DNA of 64,000 bases, from the NCBI GenBank assembly GCA_017434185.1, contig JAFRFV010000187.1:8035-72034 (forward strand). The letters are read 5' to 3'. The notes beneath the pieces were generated by a model. The model was not told the origin of the DNA and did no database searches. It worked only from the letters and a program-made list of their open reading frames with translations. Positions 57,884 to 64,000 of the stretch are shown here, one piece after another. Both the position numbers and the translations under genes were made by a program. The stretch's first letter is position 1, and the number at the start of each line of letters is the position of its first letter. Source of the stretch: Coriobacteriales bacterium. GTDB lineage: Bacteria; Actinomycetota; Coriobacteriia; Coriobacteriales; RUG844.

Positions 57884-60275
57884 AGCACTGGTCAAGGGCG
57901 ATCAGAAGAGCACACGGGCCTCCCTGCGACCCAGCTTCCCCTTCATGCTCATCGCCATGGCGGCGTTCTTCAGCACGCTCCTGTTCGTGGAAGGCATGTT
58001 CTGGACTTCATATCACGATGGGCTCGAAGGGCCGGATGTCCTTCGGATCCTACTACCTGCCGTCTCCCTGTTACCCTTGGCATTCGTTGTCAGCCGGCTT
58101 CCCACAACAGTGCGCTCGTCCGCGGCGACTCTGCTGTTGTCGGTCGCATGCGCTTATTTGAGCGGAGCCGCATACTGGGGATGGTGGGCATCAGGCGTAC
58201 AGCGGCTTGGAACGCTTCCCGGAGGTGAACATGTATTCCTTGTCTGTGGCGATGCCCAGCAGGGAAGCTATGGCGCCTATTCCAATGGCGCGCTCATCTT
58301 GGACGACGGTAGTCGTTACCCTCTGCGCCTCTATTGGCCAGTTGGGATCGAGCCTCTTCCCTGCGGCATGCGATTCAGCGCCTATGGCGAGATAAGGACG
58401 CCCGCATGCGACGACTTGGGCCATCGTCAGCATCGCGAGGGCTCATTCGGGAGTGTCAGACTCCGTGCCGTCACGACGGGAACATGGCGGAGTGGCCCGC
58501 AGGGCCTTTCCGGTCGAATGCGTCAACGTATGCGCGGGATCATCGTTCAAGATGGGGTGGACGGTGGCGGTTGGCGAAGCGATGGAGCGGCTCTCCTTCT
58601 GGGTATCGACCTGGGCGACAGGTCGCTCATACGACAGAGCGATCTGCAACAGGATTTCAGGATCTGCGGTCTCTCGCATATGCTCGCTGTTTCCGGAACG
58701 CATCTGGTGATCGTCGCGGCACTGATGTCATGGGCGTTCGAGAAGATGCGCATGGGCAAAGGGGTCAAGGCAGTCCTCCTCTCGTTCGCTTTGATCACCT
58801 ACGTCTTCCTCTCCGGCTTGCAGACCTCGGCCATCCGCTCCTGCATCATGGCGATAACGGGAACCTTCGCGGAGCGAGCGAAACGTCGTAGGGATCCTCT
58901 CTCATCCTGCGCGCTCACCATCATGCTGCTCTTGGGGCAGGACCCCAGTACCGCTTTCGACTTCTCCTTCAGGCTCTCCGTCTGCGCGGTCCTGGGCATC
59001 ATCTGCTTCAGCCGTTATCTGGAGGCTTGGATCCTCTGTCTCACCCCCAAAAGCATGCAGGGGCTTGCGAACCCCCTGGCTGTCACACTCGCCGCACAAG
59101 GGGCGACCATGCCCCTGATCGTGAGCGGGTTCTCCTGCCTACCACTTCTCTCGCCTGTATCCAATCTCATCATCGCCCCTTTGCTCAGCGTCACGCTGGG
59201 TGCCAGCCTGATCATGCTGCCCATCTGCCTCATCATCCCGTCAATGCAATCAGTGCTCATGGCGCTTCCTCTGTTCCTTGGAGGGCTCATCGCGCGTATC
59301 GCATCCCTTCTCGCGCTTATCCCCAACAGCAATCTCCCAATCTGCTGCGACCAAGGCACGGCGTTGCTGTGCATGACCATCCTCTCAGCAACTCTATGGT
59401 TCTTCTGGCCGCAGCCCAGCAGGAGAAGGGCGCAATGGGCTTCCGTCACCATCTGCAGCGCAGCGCTCGCCCTCGCATGTGTCCCCATCCTGCCGCTGAG
59501 CCCGCGCATGATCGTGCTTGATGTCGGTCAGGGTGATGCGATCCTGATCCGCGACGGAAGACGAACCGTCCTCATCGATGCCGGGCCCATGGACGATGCC
59601 CTCTTGAAGGCTCTGGCCAGGCAGCACGTACGCCACATCGACTGCCTCATCATCACGCATCCCCATGAGGATCACTATGGGGGTATCGTCCGCCTGCGCG
59701 GAGCCGTCACGATCGATGAACTCATCATGCCCGGTCCGATGCTCGACCGGGACTTCCCGGCCTATGATGTCATCCTTCCTCTCTTCGATGACGACCGGAT
59801 CCATCCCATGCACGTCGGACAGCGTCTGAAGCTCAAACACATGGAGATCACCATGCTCGGGCCCAGCGAGCTCACGGATGAAGGCGACAACCAGGACAGT
59901 CTCATCCTCTTCGTAGACGTGGATGCTGACTCGGATGGCACAGGGGATGCCCAGGTCCTCCTGACCGGTGATGCGGAAGCGGAGACGCTCGAGAGGCCCG
60001 AGCATGCATACGACCTCTCCTGCGTCGACGTTTTCAAACTGGGGCATCACGGTTCCGCCGTGTCAATCGATCGGGATACCCTGCGCGAGATGGATCCCCA
60101 CTGCGTGCTCATAAGCGTGGGGCGCGACAACGACTACGGGCACCCGGACCCCAACGTGTTGTCACTGTTGGAGGATGCAGGGGTGACGGTTGGCAGGACG
60201 GACATGATGGGCGACCTGACAGTCACCTTCGCATCCGCGTCCGTCAGCCTTCGCTGTGATACCATGGGCCCATGA
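57876..60275 (+). CDS. comEC: ComEC/Rec2 DNA internalisation channel with a metallo-beta-lactamase domain
   Basis: Polytopic competence domain (GLSHMLAVSGTHL) and a C-terminal MBL domain (LDVGQGDAILI, THPHEDHYGG, KLGHHGS). Confidence 0.9.
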   Translation: MSEALVKGDQKSTRASLRPSFPFMLIAMAAFFSTLLFVEGMFWTSYHDGLEGPDVLRILLPAVSLLPLAFVVSRLPTTVRSSAATLLLSVACAYLSGAAYWGWWASGVQRLGTLPGGEHVFLVCGDAQQGSYGAYSNGALILDDGSRYPLRLYWPVGIEPLPCGMRFSAYGEIRTPACDDLGHRQHREGSFGSVRLRAVTTGTWRSGPQGLSGRMRQRMRGIIVQDGVDGGGWRSDGAALLLGIDLGDRSLIRQSDLQQDFRICGLSHMLAVSGTHLVIVAALMSWAFEKMRMGKGVKAVLLSFALITYVFLSGLQTSAIRSCIMAITGTFAERAKRRRDPLSSCALTIMLLLGQDPSTAFDFSFRLSVCAVLGIICFSRYLEAWILCLTPKSMQGLANPLAVTLAAQGATMPLIVSGFSCLPLLSPVSNLIIAPLLSVTLGASLIMLPICLIIPSMQSVLMALPLFLGGLIARIASLLALIPNSNLPICCDQGTALLCMTILSATLWFFWPQPSRRRAQWASVTICSAALALACVPILPLSPRMIVLDVGQGDAILIRDGRRTVLIDAGPMDDALLKALARQHVRHIDCLIITHPHEDHYGGIVRLRGAVTIDELIMPGPMLDRDFPAYDVILPLFDDDRIHPMHVGQRLKLKHMEITMLGPSELTDEGDNQDSLILFVDVDADSDGTGDAQVLLTGDAEAETLERPEHAYDLSCVDVFKLGHHGSAVSIDRDTLREMDPHCVLISVGRDNDYGHPDPNVLSLLEDAGVTVGRTDMMGDLTVTFASASVSLRCDTMGP

Positions 60276-60293
60276 TGAAAGGAGAGCCACTGC

Positions 60294-61271
60294 ATGGCAG
60301 CCAAGGATGGACATATGGATCCCGTCTTCCTCATCCACGGTGAGGACGACCTGAAGCGCGAGGCGATGGTCAAGCGCCTGCTCAAGCGTTTCCAGGACAT
60401 GGGTGACATCGATTTCAACAGCGACAACTTCCTGGGAAGCAGTGCGAGCGCGAATGACATCATCGCTTCCTGCAACACCCTGCCCTTTCTCTCTCCCTAC
60501 CGTTTGGTCATGGTCAAGGATGTGGATAAGCTCCCCAAGGACGACCAGAAGGCGCTGGCCGACTATCTCAAGTCTCCTTGCGAGAGCACCGTTCTGGCGC
60601 TGGTCGCCGTCAAGCTCCCCAAGACCAGCGCCCTTTACAAGGCGGTTGAGAAGAACTACCCCAAGTGCATCATCGATTGTGCGCCCAAGAGCCGCAAGGA
60701 ACTCCCGTTGCTCGTGCAGAGGATGGCCCAAACCTATGGAGCGAGCATCGCTCCGGATGCGATCGACCTTCTCATCTCGTATGTTGGCGAATCGACGGTG
60801 CGTTTGGATGCCGAGCTCTCCAAACTCGCCGCCTCACTGCACGACAGCAACCGCATAGGCGTCGAGGACGTCGACCGCATGGTCACGCGCACGACGCAGG
60901 CCAAGCCCTGGTCCTTCACCGATGCACTCGCGAACCGCAACGCGCAGGAATGCCTCCGTCTTCTCGATCGCATGGACGACCAATCGTGGCTGGGTCTGCT
61001 CTCCCTCAGTGTCACGCGCATACGCGAGCTCATGATCACCAAGTCGCTCGAGAAGAGGGGAGAGGCTTGGCGCCTCGCCGAGCAACTGGGCAAGAAGGAC
61101 TGGCAGGTACGGTCGCATCGTTCCTGTGCCGCACGTTTCAGCGAAGAGGAGCTGGCGGACGCCCTCGATCGCGCCGCACAGGCTGAGATGGCCATGAAGT
61201 CCGGCAGTGACCAGCGCCTCCAGCTAGAACTCTGGACCCTCGACACCTGCTTGGGCGTGAAACGCGCTTGA
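60294..61271 (+). CDS. holA: DNA polymerase III delta subunit
   Basis: Its size, the conserved position after comEC, and the motifs IHGEDDLKRE and LSKLA are consistent with HolA. Confidence 0.8.
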   Translation: MAAKDGHMDPVFLIHGEDDLKREAMVKRLLKRFQDMGDIDFNSDNFLGSSASANDIIASCNTLPFLSPYRLVMVKDVDKLPKDDQKALADYLKSPCESTVLALVAVKLPKTSALYKAVEKNYPKCIIDCAPKSRKELPLLVQRMAQTYGASIAPDAIDLLISYVGESTVRLDAELSKLAASLHDSNRIGVEDVDRMVTRTTQAKPWSFTDALANRNAQECLRLLDRMDDQSWLGLLSLSVTRIRELMITKSLEKRGEAWRLAEQLGKKDWQVRSHRSCAARFSEEELADALDRAAQAEMAMKSGSDQRLQLELWTLDTCLGVKRA

Positions 61272-61421
61272 ACCATCCATGTCTTGACCGATAACCGGTA
61301 AGGTAAATGCTCATCGAAAGAGCGTATACACAATCCAGCGTTGCTATGTTAGACTTGCACGGTTCGTGTAGCAGCCCCACTGCGACACAGGGACAAGAGT
61401 TCACGAGAGGAAACAAGAACA

Positions 61422-61685
61422 GTGGCTAACATCAAGAGTCAGAAGAAGCGCATCATCACCGCCGAGAAGGCCCGCATCCGCAACAGGGCTGCCAAGAGCG
61501 AGCTCAAGACCGCCGTCAAGCGTGTCCGCGCCGCCGTCGAGGCTGGCAACGCCGAGGAAGCCCAGAAGCAGGCCCAGGTTGCTTGCCGTCTGCTTGACAA
61601 GGCTGCCTCCAAGGGCATCATCCATGCCAACCAGGCTGCCAACCGCAAGTCCGGCGTCATGAAGCTGGCCAACACCATCAAGTAG
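61422..61685 (+). CDS. rpsT: 30S ribosomal protein S20
   Basis: Begins MANIKSQKKRIITAEKARIRNRAAKSELKT. GTG start. Confidence 0.95.
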   Translation: MANIKSQKKRIITAEKARIRNRAAKSELKTAVKRVRAAVEAGNAEEAQKQAQVACRLLDKAASKGIIHANQAANRKSGVMKLANTIK

Positions 61686-61909
61686 ATCCATCCGGGACGG
61701 CAGCTCATATGCTGGGGGCTGCCGCCCTATCGGATCGGTTGTGGCGTATCCGCATGCGACGCCGCTTCGATCCATCCCGTGAACGAGAGTGACGTGGAGA
61801 GGCCTTTGGGCCTCTTCCCTGTTATCCGGCCCCTTGGTCATTTGCCGCAGGGCCGTTTTGCGTTAGACTTTCATCAACATATCAAACACGCTCCAACAGG
61901 AGGCCATCC

Positions 61910-62353
61910 ATGAAGAAGCTCGGTCGCGTCATCCTCGTCGCTCTCTTCTGCGCAGCCTGCGTCATGCTGCTTTCCGCTTGCTCCAAGTACCATCAGGTCA
62001 TTCCCAACAAGGAAGACTGCGTCAAGTGCCACAGCGAAGCCAAGCCCATCGTTGACGTTTCCAATCCCGCTGGCGCCCTCATCAGCAACGATGGTGTCAT
62101 CAACGTGACCGTGAGCGGCAACGACGGTTTCAGCGTGTGCCAGGTCATCTTCACCAAGGACGACGGCAGCCACTTCGTGCCCTATTCCCCCATGCACAGG
62201 ACCGCGAAGGCTGGCGAGACGGTGCAGGTGAAGCTCGATCAGGGCACCTGGGCCATCTGCGCAGGCAAGGACGAGACGCCCACGTCCCAGATCATCGTGG
62301 TCGATCCCAGTGCCACGAGCAACTTCGACGGAAATCTCTCCCTCAAGGGATAA
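61910..62353 (+). CDS. Small lipoprotein with a single CxxCH motif
   Basis: Signal peptide and lipobox (MKKLGRVILVALFCAACVMLLSAC), with CVKCH at aa 37-41. The ATG follows an AGGAGG RBS. Confidence 0.65.
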   Translation: MKKLGRVILVALFCAACVMLLSACSKYHQVIPNKEDCVKCHSEAKPIVDVSNPAGALISNDGVINVTVSGNDGFSVCQVIFTKDDGSHFVPYSPMHRTAKAGETVQVKLDQGTWAICAGKDETPTSQIIVVDPSATSNFDGNLSLKG

Positions 62354-62379
62354 GCGCTTTCAGCCGGTAACGACCCACC

Positions 62380-64000
62380 ATGCCATACGACCCGCGGCTC
62401 ATACGTAACTTCTCCATCATCGCGCATATCGATCACGGCAAGTCCACTCTGGCCGATCGCATCCTCGAGCTCACCCACACGGTGTCCGAGCGCGACATGG
62501 TCGATCAGCTCCTGGACAGCATGGACATCGAACGCGAACGCGGGATCACCATCAAGAGCCAGGCCGTACGCGTCATGTTCGATTCCAAGGATGGCAACAC
62601 CTACCAGTTCAACCTGATCGACACGCCCGGTCACGTCGACTTCACCTACGAGGTCTCCCGCTCGCTGGCAGCCTGCGAGGGCGCTGTGCTCGTGGTCGAT
62701 TCCACCCAGGGTGTCGAAGCGCAGACCGTCGCCAACGCCATCATGGCGATGAATGCGAACCTCGAGATCATCCCGCTCATCAACAAGATCGACCTTCCCG
62801 CCGCCGATCCCGACCGCGTTCGCGGTGAGATCGAGGAAGGTCTGGCCATTCCCGCCGATGAGGCGGTGCTCACCAGTGCCAAGACCGGTCAAGGCGTCGA
62901 CGAACTGCTCGAATCCGTCGTACGCAACATCCCCGCTCCGGTGGGGGATGAGGATGCTCCCCTGCGAGCCCTCATCTTCGATTCCTACTTCGATTCCTAC
63001 CGCGGTGTCGTCGCGCTTATCCGCGTTGTCGATGGTACGATCCGCGCCAACCAGCGCATCCTGCTCATGCAGTCGCAGGTGGTCTGCGACGTGGAGGAAG
63101 TGGGCGTGCGCAGCCCCTTCAACATGCCGCTCGATTGCCTGGGCGTGGGTGAAGTGGGCTATCTCATCACCGGTCTCAAGGATCCGTCCCTGGTGAAGGT
63201 GGGCGATACCGTCACCCTGGCCAAGGGCGGAGTGGATACGCCGCTTCCGGGCTATCGCGAAGTGAAACCCATGGTCTTCACCGGCGTGTATCCCATCGAC
63301 GGCGATGATTACCCCAACCTGCGCGACGCCCTCGAGAAGCTCAAGCTCAACGACCCCGCTCTGGTGTACACCCCCGAGACGAGCCACGCGCTCGGTTTCG
63401 GCTTCCGCGTGGGCTTCCTCGGTCTGCTGCACATGGAGGTCGTGAAGGAACGCCTCGAGCGTGAATTCAACCTCGATCTCATCGCGACCGCTCCCAGTGT
63501 GGAATACCACGTGTTCAAGACCAACGGCGAGATGATCGTCGTCCATTCCCCGCAGGATATGCCCGATCCGGGGCAGATCGACCATATCGAAGAACCTTAT
63601 CTGACTGCCAAGATCCTGGTGCCGCCTGACTACGTGGGTGCCGTCATGGATCTGACCGTGAGCCGTCGTGGCACCTTCGTCGACATGCAGTACCTGAGCG
63701 TGAGCACGGTGGAGCTGCACTACGAGATGCCGCTCTCCGAGCTCATCATGGACTATTTCGATCAACTCAAGAGTCGCACCAAGGGTTTCGCCTCCCTCGA
63801 TTACGACTTCCTGGGCTACAAGCCCTCCGATCTCTGTCGCCTGGACATCCTGCTCTCCGGCAAGACCGTGGATGCGCTCTCGTTCATCGTCCACAAGGAC
63901 AAGGCCTACGAGCGCGGCAGCGTGCTCTGCAAGAAGATGAAGGAACTCATCCCGCGCCAGCAATTCGACATCCCCATCCAGGCTGCCATCGGCGGTCGCA
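62380..64000 (+). CDS. lepA: Elongation factor 4 (LepA), 3'-truncated by the window edge
   Basis: My own translation from the ATG at 62380 gives [32 protein letters not shown]...[14 protein letters not shown]...DTPGHVDF. The frame stays open to the window end, so it is absent from the ORF track. Confidence 0.9.
   Translation, partial: MPYDPRLIRNFSIIAHIDHGKSTLADRILELTHTVSERDMVDQLLDSMDIERERGITIKSQAVRVMFDSKDGNTYQFNLIDTPGHVDFTYEVSRSLAACEGAVLVVDSTQGVEAQTVANAIMAMNANLEIIPLINKIDLPAADPDRVRGEIEEGLAIPADEAVLTSAKTGQGVDELLESVVRNIPAPVGDEDAPLRALIFDSYFDSYRGVVALIRVVDGTIRANQRILLMQSQVVCDVEEVGVRSPFNMPLDCLGVGEVGYLITGLKDPSLVKVGDTVTLAKGGVDTPLPGYREVKPMVFTGVYPIDGDDYPNLRDALEKLKLNDPALVYTPETSHALGFGFRVGFLGLLHMEVVKERLEREFNLDLIATAPSVEYHVFKTNGEMIVVHSPQDMPDPGQIDHIEEPYLTAKILVPPDYVGAVMDLTVSRRGTFVDMQYLSVSTVELHYEMPLSELIMDYFDQLKSRTKGFASLDYDFLGYKPSDLCRLDILLSGKTVDALSFIVHKDKAYERGSVLCKKMKELIPRQQFDIPIQAAIGGR

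Noticed and set aside
62239-63963. 574-aa minus-strand ORF across the lepA region.
   Set aside because: The plus-strand frame translates to an unmistakable LepA/EF-4 and is missing from the track only because it has no stop inside the window. The minus ORF is its antisense shadow. The same reasoning applies to 14630-16375(+), 35109-36428(-), 24541-25728(-), 20242-21882(-), 22993-24339(-), 17197-18546(-), 33535-34773(-), 42224-43201(-) and 47644-48777(-).

Overview
The window is a visibly GC-rich, densely coding bacterial chromosome segment (GC was not computed). Gene content suggests an anaerobic actinobacterium of the Coriobacteriia type. Supporting blocks are pyrF-mihF-gmk-rpoZ, rplU-rpmA-obg-proBA-nadD-yqeK-rsfS, mreBCD-mrdA-rodA, a type-1B dihydroorotate dehydrogenase (PyrK/PyrD), a [NiFe] hydrogenase and an aldehyde:ferredoxin oxidoreductase (AOR) family enzyme. 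This taxonomic call is inference, not a database hit.

Most of the window is core housekeeping:
- Translation: ileS, tyrS, lepA, an EF-G paralogue, L21, L27, S20 and tRNA-Arg.
- Pyrimidine synthesis: pyrR-B-C-K-D-F-E.
- Cell shape: mreBCD-mrdA-rodA.
- Proline and NAD synthesis, and competence/replication genes comEA-comEC-holA.

I see no CRISPR array, transposase, integrase or recognisable defence system.

The less ordinary parts, in my order of interest:
1. A plus-strand locus at about 3.7-12.3 kb with no assignable substrate. It encodes a ferredoxin, a PucR-type regulator, an MFS transporter, a 4x[4Fe-4S] protein, a large YdhV-like AOR-family enzyme, a second MFS transporter and an SDR. This is my best candidate for an uncharacterised system.
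2. A lower-GC lipoprotein cassette bracketed by a ~350 bp duplication of the 3' end of a RumA-type rRNA methyltransferase gene (51-1957).
3. A four-subunit group-3b-like [NiFe] hydrogenase between ndk and mreB, with no maturation genes nearby. Its large subunit ends exactly at the DPCxxCxxH histidine.
4. An extension of the mreBCD-mrdA-rodA operon into three translationally coupled genes of unknown function.
5. An EF-G paralogue with degenerate G3 and G4 motifs.

Clear RNA regulatory elements are an Ile-specific T-box leader upstream of ileS and a PyrR-binding motif upstream of pyrR.

Many long ORFs in the six-frame track lie antisense to well-supported genes. I treat these as high-GC shadow ORFs.
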